In this document: positions 18,069 through 26,644 of the stretch, piece after piece
How positions within the stretch are numbered: position 1 is the stretch's first letter
Layout of the letters: each line of letters begins with the position of its first letter
Origin: an uncultured delta proteobacterium
GTDB lineage: Bacteria; Desulfobacterota; Desulfobacteria; Desulfobacterales; UBA11574
Direction: 5' to 3'
DNA length: 64,000 bases
Assembly: GCA_963752565.1 (NCBI GenBank)
Contig: CAVVZC010000019.1
Location: 21,447-85,446 of the forward strand
Made by a program: the position numbers and the translations under genes
The notes under the pieces: generated by a model
What the model was told of the DNA's origin: nothing
The model's database searches: none
The model's input: only the letters and a program-made list of their open reading frames with translations

Positions 18069-19175
18069 TCATTTGTTTGAAATAAAATCTTCTAACAATG
18101 AGAATGCAAAATCATCCGTATATTGTACGGGTGGATGTTTGCAATAGTAGGCTGAAGGCGCCTCTAATACGCCACCAATATTTCGTTCGATGGCCAATTT
18201 GCATAGGCGAATACAATCGATGGCAGCGCCAGCGGAATTGGGCGAATCCTCAACAGACAACCTAAGTTCAAGGTTCATAGGTATATCACCAAAAAGTCTG
18301 CCTTCCATTCGAATAAAACACACTTTGTTGTCGTTGAGCCACGGGACATAGTCACTGGGGCCAATATGTATGTTACGGTCTTCAAGCTTTTCTTCCATAA
18401 CGGCTTGAACAGCCACTGTTTTTGATTTCTTTTTTTTATCAAGCCGCTTCCTGTTCAACATATTTAAAAAATCGGTGTTGCCCCCCGTATTTATTTGATA
18501 TGTCTTTTCTAACTTGGCACCCCGTTTTCCAAACAGGTTCGTTAACGCCCGATGAACAATCGTTGCGCCGAGTTGGGATTTAATATCGTCGCCTATTATT
18601 GGAATTCCGCTGGATTTAAACTGTTCGGCCCAAAAAGGATCGCTCGCAATAAAAACAGGAATGTTGTTGATAAATGAAACACCGGCTTCCAGGGCACATT
18701 CGGCATAAAATCTTGATGCCTCTTCCGAACCCACCGGCAAATAATTTAAAAGTATTTCCGTGCCGGAATGCTTTAAAATTTTGATGACGTCGCTTTGGGT
18801 TGGTTCTTTTTCATCACAAAGCAAAAATGTATATTCAGGGTCATAGTTCTTCATATGTTCAGAAAAACCGTCCAATATTTTCCCCATGGACACTCCAACT
18901 CCTGCTTTGGGCATGTTCGTAACAAATTTTTTAGTGCAGTTCGGTCGCTCAAAAATGGCTTCATGAACGTCTTTACCGACTTTTCTCCGATCGATGTCAA
19001 ATGCCGAAACAACTTCAATATCAACAGGTGTATAACCATTGATCGACCAATATAAAATTCCGCTGGCATTATTGTGTTTTTTGCTCTGGTAATATATAGT
19101 TCCCTGAAGGAGCGAACTTGCACAATTACCAACACCGATGATACCGATTTTTATGGGTGTCATATCATCATCCAA
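18069..19175 (-). CDS. ino1: myo-inositol-1-phosphate synthase
   Basis: KIGIIGVGNCASSL, GDDIKSQLGATIVHR, NTGGNTDF and SVEDSPNSAG match the bacterial/archaeal short MIPS type. The start is TTG 19175 or ATG 19163. Confidence 0.9.
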   Translation of the reverse strand: MDDDMTPIKIGIIGVGNCASSLLQGTIYYQSKKHNNASGILYWSINGYTPVDIEVVSAFDIDRRKVGKDVHEAIFERPNCTKKFVTNMPKAGVGVSMGKILDGFSEHMKNYDPEYTFLLCDEKEPTQSDVIKILKHSGTEILLNYLPVGSEEASRFYAECALEAGVSFINNIPVFIASDPFWAEQFKSSGIPIIGDDIKSQLGATIVHRALTNLFGKRGAKLEKTYQINTGGNTDFLNMLNRKRLDKKKKSKTVAVQAVMEEKLEDRNIHIGPSDYVPWLNDNKVCFIRMEGRLFGDIPMNLELRLSVEDSPNSAGAAIDCIRLCKLAIERNIGGVLEAPSAYYCKHPPVQYTDDFAFSLLEDFISNK

Positions 19176-19373
19176 TCAAGAGGCGAGCCATTTTAATCCG
19201 TGAATTTTAGTTTTTACCGTAGTATCAGAAATTTCAAGTTTCAAGTGATGATCTTCAAGCTCAAACTACATAATTTGCATTATTATCGTAAACTTTTCAA
19301 CATAAAATTTAAAATTCTTTCTCCATCAATATGAATAAGGATATTCTATTTCTTTTTTTGAAGGCGAAAAGTC

Positions 19374-20189
19374 GTGAAAAAAATTATTCTTACCACACTG
19401 GCATATCTGTGTTTGACCACTGTACCGGCCTGGGGGCAGAATGCCATAGAATTTTACAACCGTGGTGTCAAAAGCACTCTGGCTTACAAAAAGATCGAGC
19501 ACTTTACCAAGGCTATCCAGTTGAATCCAAACCTGGTGGAGGCCTATGAAAAACGAGCCATTCACTACTACCTCCAGTGGCAACTTGACAACGCCATTCA
19601 GGATTATAATCGCGTTATAGCGCTGAAGCCTAATGATGCAAATGTTTATCTGATGCGGGGTCTTGCCTATTTTAAAAAGGAATATGGCGAAGGATATTCT
19701 TCAGAACTAAAGAACCTGAAGTATCATCTCAGCAAACAAGAAGTACCTGATTTCAGCGAATCGTTAGAGCGGGCAATAGACAATTTCAGTCGCGCCATCG
19801 ACATGGATCCCCAACTGGCAAGTGCATACAGCTATCGGGCAGTGGCATACCGTATCAAGGGAATGATAGAAGAAGCTTTCCACGATGCGACGATGGTTAT
19901 TCAATTGAAAAGCGATCCACAAAGCACTGCAAGGGCTTATAAAACCCTGTCCAAAATCTATCAAAAGTTGGGACAAGATGAGCTTTCCGAGGTCAATCTT
20001 CGTAAATCCGTAGTGTTGGACCCCTACTCTCCGGATTATCCGCCATTGCATGTGCCCCTCATATCCAACGACCCATCTGATACCGCCAGTCTGAAAGCCG
20101 TCGGCCGGATGGGACTTTTCGGCATCATCATTCTCGTGGTTGTGGTGATTCTCAAGATAGCCCTGCCGGCCCCCCAAAAAAAAGATTAG
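19374..20189 (+). CDS. TPR-repeat protein with signal peptide and C-terminal TM anchor
   Basis: N-terminal MKKIILTTLAYLCLTTVPAWG, repeated A..Y..AI.L.P TPR motifs, and C-terminal GLFGIIILVVVVILKIAL. Confidence 0.75.
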   Translation: MKKIILTTLAYLCLTTVPAWGQNAIEFYNRGVKSTLAYKKIEHFTKAIQLNPNLVEAYEKRAIHYYLQWQLDNAIQDYNRVIALKPNDANVYLMRGLAYFKKEYGEGYSSELKNLKYHLSKQEVPDFSESLERAIDNFSRAIDMDPQLASAYSYRAVAYRIKGMIEEAFHDATMVIQLKSDPQSTARAYKTLSKIYQKLGQDELSEVNLRKSVVLDPYSPDYPPLHVPLISNDPSDTASLKAVGRMGLFGIIILVVVVILKIALPAPQKKD

Positions 20190-20303
20190 TGATGATACTG
20201 TTTGACAGAATATCTCTGCTTTTTTATGATTTAAATACCCTGTCCTTTTGAAAATGGATCACTTAAAATTCAAATCCTTGATTAAAGAACTCGGAGGTCG
20301 ATT

Positions 20304-20537
20304 ATGACTCAGGAGATATTGGCGCCCCTTGACGGTAAGGTATTTCAACTCAAGATAAAAGCAGGAGACAATGTGGAAGAAGACGAAGAAATCCTGGTGA
20401 TCGAAGCCATGAAGATGGAAACACCGATATTTGTCCCCTGTGATGGGGTGGTCATAGAAGTCATAGTCAAAGAAGGGGATGAAGTGGTGGAAAACGACGT
20501 TTTGGCCATTATCGACGAAGAACACATCGAGGTTTAA
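20304..20537 (+). CDS. Biotinyl-carrier domain protein (decarboxylase gamma-like)
   Basis: 77 aa with the biotinylation motif IEAMKMETPI. Its stop lies 3 nt before the carboxyltransferase start. Confidence 0.85.
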   Translation: MTQEILAPLDGKVFQLKIKAGDNVEEDEEILVIEAMKMETPIFVPCDGVVIEVIVKEGDEVVENDVLAIIDEEHIEV

Positions 20538-20540
20538 GCC

Positions 20541-22274
20541 ATGAGACCATATTTTGACAAAATGGATGAATTTGGCCACACATTGAAAAAAGGCCGAATA
20601 AAAAGCACGGAAGAAAACCTCAACAGCATCCAGAAAATCGAAAAAGACGTTGCTGTTGAAGTGAATCGGGTTAAACTGGCCGGATTCTCTGAAGAAAAGA
20701 TTAATGCCAGGGGACAAATGACGGTGTGGCAGCGTCTTGAATACCTCGTCGATCCTGAGACCTGGTGTCCGTTGCATACCCTGTACAATCCAATGAACAA
20801 TGAAGAAGGGACGACAAACGTCATTGACGGCATCGGTAAGATTTCAGGCAAATGGGCCGTGATTATCGGATTTGACAATAAGGTGATGGCCGGAGCGTGG
20901 CTGCCGGGGCAGTCTGAAAATATTCTAAGGGTGACCGACCTGTCCAAACGCCTGAATATTCCTTTGATCTGGCTGATTAATTGCAGTGGCGCCAAATTGA
21001 CCGAACAGGAAAAATTCTATGCCAATCGTCGTGGGGCCGGGACCCCTTTTTTCAGGCATGCCGAGCTTGAACAGTTGGGGATACCGGTGCTTGCCGGCAT
21101 CTATGGTACCAATCCGGCCGGCGGCGGGTACCAGAGCATCAGCCCCACCATACTCTTTGCGCACAAAGACTGTAATATTGCCGTGGGTGGTGTCGGCATC
21201 GTTAGCGGCATGGCGCCCAAAGGAGAATTTAATTTAGAAGCCGCAGAAGAAATCATCGAAAAAGCAAAACAGTTTCAGGCCAAACCACCGGGGTCGGTAA
21301 ACATCCACTATGATGAAACCGGCTTTTTTAGATATGTGTTTGAAGATGAAACCGGTGTGTTGGACGGGCTAAAAGATTATATGAAAGATATGCCGGCATA
21401 CCCTCCCAAATTTTTTCGGGTTACTGAACCGAAAGAACCTCGATTTCCAATAGATGATCTTTACCGCTTGATTCCCTTAAACCCCAAAAGAGTATACGAT
21501 TTTGACGAGGTATTGGCCCGGCTGGTGGATTCAAGCGAGCATATGCCATTCCGTCCCGATTACGGCCCGGAAGTGTATGCGGGATTATGCAAAATCGACG
21601 GATTTCTGGTGGCCTGCATTGGAAATAGACAACAATATCTTGGCAGGCACTATCCGGAGTATGCCGGCTACCCCGGCATGGGTGGGAAGCTCTACCGCCA
21701 GGGGCTGATAAAAATGAACGAATTCGTGACCCTTTGCGGCAGAGACCGTATCCCGATCATTTGGCTTCAGGACAGTTCAGGACTGGATGTGGGGGATGCG
21801 GCTGAAAAAGCGGAACTTTTGGGTCTGGCCCAGGGGTTGGTCTACTCGATTCAGCAGACAGACGTTCCCATGATGCTTCTGCTCCTCAGAAAAGGAACGG
21901 CATCAGCCCACTATCTCATGGGCGGACCCACCGCCAACCGGCACAATGCCTTTACCCTGGGTACCGCAGCCAGTGAAATATATGTCATGCACGGGGAGAC
22001 CGCTGCGGTGGCAACCTATTCCCGAAGGCTGGTCAAAGAAAAAGATGCAGGTAGGCCTTTGGAACCGGTCATCGAAAAGATGAACAAACTGGCCAAGGAG
22101 TATCACGAAAAATCAAGGCCCTTGTTCTGTGCAAAAAACGGTCTGGTGGATGAAATTGTGCCATTGTGTGATTTGAGAAAATACATAGTGGGTTTTACCG
22201 GAGCGGCCTATCAAAATCCAAAATCCATCTGTCCCCAGCATCATATGATCTTGCCTAGAATTATCAAAGGATAA
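20541..22274 (+). CDS. Acyl-CoA carboxyltransferase, glutaconyl-CoA decarboxylase alpha (GcdA)-like
   Basis: 577 aa with two carboxyltransferase halves (WAVIIGFDNKVMAGAW..., IPIIWLQDSSGLDVG). Size and N-terminus fit GcdA-type enzymes. Confidence 0.8.
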   Translation: MRPYFDKMDEFGHTLKKGRIKSTEENLNSIQKIEKDVAVEVNRVKLAGFSEEKINARGQMTVWQRLEYLVDPETWCPLHTLYNPMNNEEGTTNVIDGIGKISGKWAVIIGFDNKVMAGAWLPGQSENILRVTDLSKRLNIPLIWLINCSGAKLTEQEKFYANRRGAGTPFFRHAELEQLGIPVLAGIYGTNPAGGGYQSISPTILFAHKDCNIAVGGVGIVSGMAPKGEFNLEAAEEIIEKAKQFQAKPPGSVNIHYDETGFFRYVFEDETGVLDGLKDYMKDMPAYPPKFFRVTEPKEPRFPIDDLYRLIPLNPKRVYDFDEVLARLVDSSEHMPFRPDYGPEVYAGLCKIDGFLVACIGNRQQYLGRHYPEYAGYPGMGGKLYRQGLIKMNEFVTLCGRDRIPIIWLQDSSGLDVGDAAEKAELLGLAQGLVYSIQQTDVPMMLLLLRKGTASAHYLMGGPTANRHNAFTLGTAASEIYVMHGETAAVATYSRRLVKEKDAGRPLEPVIEKMNKLAKEYHEKSRPLFCAKNGLVDEIVPLCDLRKYIVGFTGAAYQNPKSICPQHHMILPRIIKG

Positions 22275-22496
22275 GTGGATCCACTGAGTTTTGATTAATG
22301 CATGGATTGTGGCGTCCAGCGATTTTTAGGTGTTGGAGCATAACCTTGAAAAATAGGGTGGGTGGTTCTGTGGAGATAGATGAGAGGGATCGTTGGCTTG
22401 CAGTATTTTAAACTTATTAGATATCCATATTTTCGAGCACTTCATTAATCTGTTCGGTGTCTAACTATCCTTTTTTATTTTATTATCTATTCTGGA

Positions 22497-22628
22497 TCAA
22501 ATCCTAAGATGATGTTTAACCGTATACGTCATATCCTCATCAAGATCTATTGCGGATAACCATTCAAGATAATCGATTGGAATTTCATCAAACTTCATTC
22601 CCTTGTGTTTCCCATATTGTTCTTTCAA
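22497..22628 (-). CDS. Short DUF3820-like ORF (possible remnant)
   Basis: The 43-aa product from a TTG start is MKEQYGKHKGMKFDEIPIDYLEWLSAIDLDEDMTYTVKHHLRI. The GKHKG..EIP..YLEWL pattern is typical of DUF3820. It is below the ORF-track size cut-off. Confidence 0.35.
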   Translation of the reverse strand: MKEQYGKHKGMKFDEIPIDYLEWLSAIDLDEDMTYTVKHHLRI

Positions 22629-22732
22629 AGGCTTAATTCTATTTATTTCAAAAATAATAAAGTTATATGTGATTTAGGCCGATATTAATATCGATCTAAA
22701 TCATCGTTAATAATTATAATGTGGGCATTTAT

Positions 22733-24997
22733 ATGAAACAGAACGAAACAAAAAGTACAGAAAAATCAAAAGATAAAGAAAAAAATATTAATAGCCCAAA
22801 ATTAAATAAAAAACTACTTTTAGATGTAGTGTACCAGCTGAATATTACCAGAAAAAACTTTTTGATTTATCCACCGGGTCACGTCCAGACAAATCAAAGC
22901 ATAAAAAAATGCCATGCTTTACTTCACGATTTACTTGAATTGAGTCCGAAAATAACCATCGGGGTGGCGAAAGATAAGATATTTGTTGGTAACACACTAA
23001 TAGAAGATAAAAATCACATGATCAAAGACTTGGCGTTATCGGTTATAAATCACGAATTAGCTGGTATCACTTTTTACCGAAACATTTCTGCTGATGATCT
23101 TTCTTGTTTTTTTCAGCTGATGGCCAAAGACCCTGAAGAGATTAAAGGTCTTGGGGGATTTGACAAGGCCCTGGCAGACAACAGGATTAAGACCATAAAA
23201 CTTCAGTTCATCGACTACAGCGCATTTCATCATACGGAAGAAATAGAGATACATCGAACAAAAAACCGAAAATTTCAGGCAGAAGGCTCTGCCATCTGGA
23301 CCCAATTTATCAGCGGCCTGCTTTCTGGTTCCCTAACGGTTTCTGATCAAGGAGTTCCTATAGAACAAACCAGGGGAATTAACCCTTCTCAACTTGCATT
23401 ATTCCTAAATGAGAATAAAATTGACACCGAAATTGCCCTGGATACATATCGAACCACTATAAGTAAACGCATACAGGATACTGGCGAATCCATCACTTCT
23501 CCATCAACATATACTAATGATTTCATCGAATTGGATCTATTACTGCAAGAATTAAACCCAAAACTAAAAAAACAATTTTTATCAGCGACCTACAATCAGC
23601 TGAATTCTGCAGGTGAGAATGAGACGACAAAAAATTTATTGACCGATTTTTCTGAGCAAGTCGTTTTGGATATGCTAAGACAGGCAAATGAAGACGGTGA
23701 AGAAATTTCTCCCTCATTAATGAATCTCGTTTACAAAATAACATCTGCCTATGATGGAATAAGTCATCCTGAAGGTGAAATGAACTTCAATAAATCGACA
23801 AATCCTGTAAATCTGCCTTCTGAAACAGGACAGCTTCAAAACATTTTTACTCGCGAAAAATTTGAAGAATATGTAACAACCGATTATGAAAATACCTTAA
23901 ATAATCTGTCCGGTGGCACAGATGACGAAATCGTTGACGCCAATAAGGCTTTACCCATCGAAGATTTTCATAAAGAACTGGAGCCTTCTCATCTGGATTC
24001 GCAAATTGCCCATATTATATTAGCCTTTATGCACAACGATACCAAACCCGTGGAATATGAAAATTACGCCGCTAAACTATACGATATCGCATATGATTTG
24101 TTAAGAGCGGGAGAATTTTCCACGTTATTGAAGATCTTTAAAGCACTGTTTAAACACTATAAAGATAAAGCTGATCCAGAAATTCAATTCATTGCCAAAA
24201 ACACATTAAAAAAATTTCGTGAAGATCAGTTTATCTCCATCGCGGTCGTTTCTTTCGAGAAATGGGCGAAACCTAATGACATCGCCGCCTATGAGTTTCT
24301 ACTATCTCTTGGCTCGATAGTCGTTCCGGAAATGGTTGCGCTATATGGAAAAGGGGAGAGGCCGGAAATTCAAAGTTTAATAGTAAAGCTGTTGATTAGA
24401 TTCCCGGAAGTAACATGTCTCGAAGCCAAAAGGCGGTTTCGTGATCCTCAACCACCCTTTGTAATCAACATGCTAACCCTGGTTCGTAAGATAGGAACAG
24501 AAAAAGACGCTCCTATTGTGAAAAAGCTTTTGGAACATCATGATGTCGATGTTCGAATAACCGCAATGGAAACTCTAATTGAATTAGGAGATCCTGACGG
24601 GACAAATGTTATCAGGAATTTCCTCAAATCCATCTATACCAAAGAGAAATTAAAAGTTATTCAACTGATAGGTACTTATAAAATGGCCGAAATGGTACCG
24701 GATTTGATTTCTTGTATATCTCGGTGGACCTTATTTAAGTTCCAATATGAAAGAAATGAGCAGATTATCACCGCGCTGGGTAAAATTGGAAATCCAAGTG
24801 CAGTACCAGTGTTGGAAAAACTGGCAAAGTGCAGATGGACTATCTGGTCAAGAAGTTTAAAAAGTATGAAGCTTGCCTTATATCAATCGCTTCATGGGTA
24901 TGAATTGTCCCAAATCACCTCTTTATTGAAAATTGGCCAGAGGTCCAAAGATAATCGAATTCGTCAGATATGCCAAAACATTGGGAGTATAAATTAA
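22733..24997 (+). CDS. HEAT-repeat protein with HD-GYP-associated N-terminal module
   Basis: C-terminal HEAT/PBS-lyase-like repeats (DVDVRITAMETLIELGDPDG, ALGKIGNPSAVPVLEKLA). The N-terminal ~130 aa is paralogous to the N-terminus of the next gene. Confidence 0.7.
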   Translation: MKQNETKSTEKSKDKEKNINSPKLNKKLLLDVVYQLNITRKNFLIYPPGHVQTNQSIKKCHALLHDLLELSPKITIGVAKDKIFVGNTLIEDKNHMIKDLALSVINHELAGITFYRNISADDLSCFFQLMAKDPEEIKGLGGFDKALADNRIKTIKLQFIDYSAFHHTEEIEIHRTKNRKFQAEGSAIWTQFISGLLSGSLTVSDQGVPIEQTRGINPSQLALFLNENKIDTEIALDTYRTTISKRIQDTGESITSPSTYTNDFIELDLLLQELNPKLKKQFLSATYNQLNSAGENETTKNLLTDFSEQVVLDMLRQANEDGEEISPSLMNLVYKITSAYDGISHPEGEMNFNKSTNPVNLPSETGQLQNIFTREKFEEYVTTDYENTLNNLSGGTDDEIVDANKALPIEDFHKELEPSHLDSQIAHIILAFMHNDTKPVEYENYAAKLYDIAYDLLRAGEFSTLLKIFKALFKHYKDKADPEIQFIAKNTLKKFREDQFISIAVVSFEKWAKPNDIAAYEFLLSLGSIVVPEMVALYGKGERPEIQSLIVKLLIRFPEVTCLEAKRRFRDPQPPFVINMLTLVRKIGTEKDAPIVKKLLEHHDVDVRITAMETLIELGDPDGTNVIRNFLKSIYTKEKLKVIQLIGTYKMAEMVPDLISCISRWTLFKFQYERNEQIITALGKIGNPSAVPVLEKLAKCRWTIWSRSLKSMKLALYQSLHGYELSQITSLLKIGQRSKDNRIRQICQNIGSIN

Positions 24998-25018
24998 CGT
25001 GTTCAATAGGAATGGGTC

Positions 25019-26170
25019 ATGATGTTAGATTTAAAGAACCATGAAAATATCGAGAAGGTCATCTCAAATATTATTGCTGCCGTAACAAACATACGCCTTT
25101 ATTCGACCAAACATCCTCAGGCCAATCGCTGCCTTGAAGATGCATATGGCGAGCTTTCTAGATTCTTTCTCGAAAAACCGCTCACGACCATTATGTTGAT
25201 TGATGATCAGATGATTGTCGATAACTTGCCTTTTAAGACCAATGGTTCCTGTGTGGACCAATTCGCTCGCATATTAAGAGAAAATGCTATTGAGCATATC
25301 ACTTTCAAATCTGGAATATCCAAACAGGATTTCTATTTGTTCGTCAAACAACTCGCCAATCCTGAAGGTGAAGCGATAAAAAGCAATGAATATCTCAAAC
25401 TCGGCAAGGTTGAATTACGCGTCGATGAAAAGGCCGCGGAACAAATAGACATCAACTTATCAGACAATGAACAGGAACATCTATTAGCACTGAGTTCGGT
25501 TCGGGATGATAAACTCGGTGAAATTCGAATGATGTACAGCCAGATTTCGAAACGTGAAGCAATAGATATTCAAGCTGTAGATGAATTGATTAAGGCCTTT
25601 ATTCGCGGTTTTTCCTATGGAATAAATCCAATTCATATGCTAGCCAAACTTAAGTCTGTTGATGAATATACTTTTACGCATGTTGTCAATGTGTGTATAC
25701 TCACTATGAGTCAAGCGGAATCTTTAGGATTCAAAGGTGAGCAGCTCTATCAAATTGGAATTTCCTCAGTTCTTCATGATTCGGGAAAGTTGTTTATTCC
25801 CGATGAAATCTTAAATAAACCAGGCCGGTTAACGGACAATGAACGATCGATTATTGAGACACACACCGTAAAAGGGGCTCAGTATTTACTTGGATTGGAA
25901 AATATTCCAAAATTGGCAATCTTGGGATCACTTGAGCATCACATTAAGTACGATGGTAAGGGTTATCCAAATATGTCAAAAAAATGGAGGCCCAATATCG
26001 TTAGTCAAATGATTTCCATCGCAGACGTATTTGATGCAATGCGCAGTCGACGAGTTTATAAGGAACCCAAACCGGTATCGTTAATTGTAAAAATTTTGAC
26101 CGAAGAAAAAGGGACATCATTTAATCCTCTGCTGGTTGACAATTTTTTAAAGTTAATCAACAAAAAATAA
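25019..26170 (+). CDS. HD-GYP domain protein (putative c-di-GMP phosphodiesterase)
   Basis: HVVNV, LHDSGKLFIP and HHIKYDGKGYP motifs. Confidence 0.88.
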   Translation: MMLDLKNHENIEKVISNIIAAVTNIRLYSTKHPQANRCLEDAYGELSRFFLEKPLTTIMLIDDQMIVDNLPFKTNGSCVDQFARILRENAIEHITFKSGISKQDFYLFVKQLANPEGEAIKSNEYLKLGKVELRVDEKAAEQIDINLSDNEQEHLLALSSVRDDKLGEIRMMYSQISKREAIDIQAVDELIKAFIRGFSYGINPIHMLAKLKSVDEYTFTHVVNVCILTMSQAESLGFKGEQLYQIGISSVLHDSGKLFIPDEILNKPGRLTDNERSIIETHTVKGAQYLLGLENIPKLAILGSLEHHIKYDGKGYPNMSKKWRPNIVSQMISIADVFDAMRSRRVYKEPKPVSLIVKILTEEKGTSFNPLLVDNFLKLINKK

Positions 26171-26644
26171 ACCGATACTCGGGACTTGTGTTTTCTGTGT
26201 ATTTTGAATCCGAAAGCGGCTTTAGAAGTTGTGATATCATACCCACCAAATTCTTCCTTGAATATTTGAGATTATATTTATTTTGGACAATTTTTTCTGT
26301 TCTTTAATTCTCAAGTTTACGATAACCTTTTTGGCAGGCTTGTAACTGTGATAGCTGCACTATATGTAGGCCCTTTGAAATCCATTGCCACCCAAGATAC
26401 GAAACGATTACCTAAGCCGTAAAATAATCCCAATTTTTATGCTTATAAACGCAAATCTAAACTTTTTCGGCCTTTCCATATTCCAGGATACGATACGTAA
26501 GTGAGCTTTTGAAATCCGAATTAATTTATGGCTATTTTTTTTATTAAAGATTATCATGTTATCCATAACGCTATAAAATGTTATAAGCCGCCTTAATCCT
26601 GGGCGTTCCCAAATTTTGGTCGGATCCTATTTTAAGGAGAATAA

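Noticed and set aside
20259-20995. 172-aa and 153-aa minus-strand ORFs
   Set aside because: They are antisense to the biotinyl-protein and carboxyltransferase genes, whose plus-strand products carry clear family motifs.
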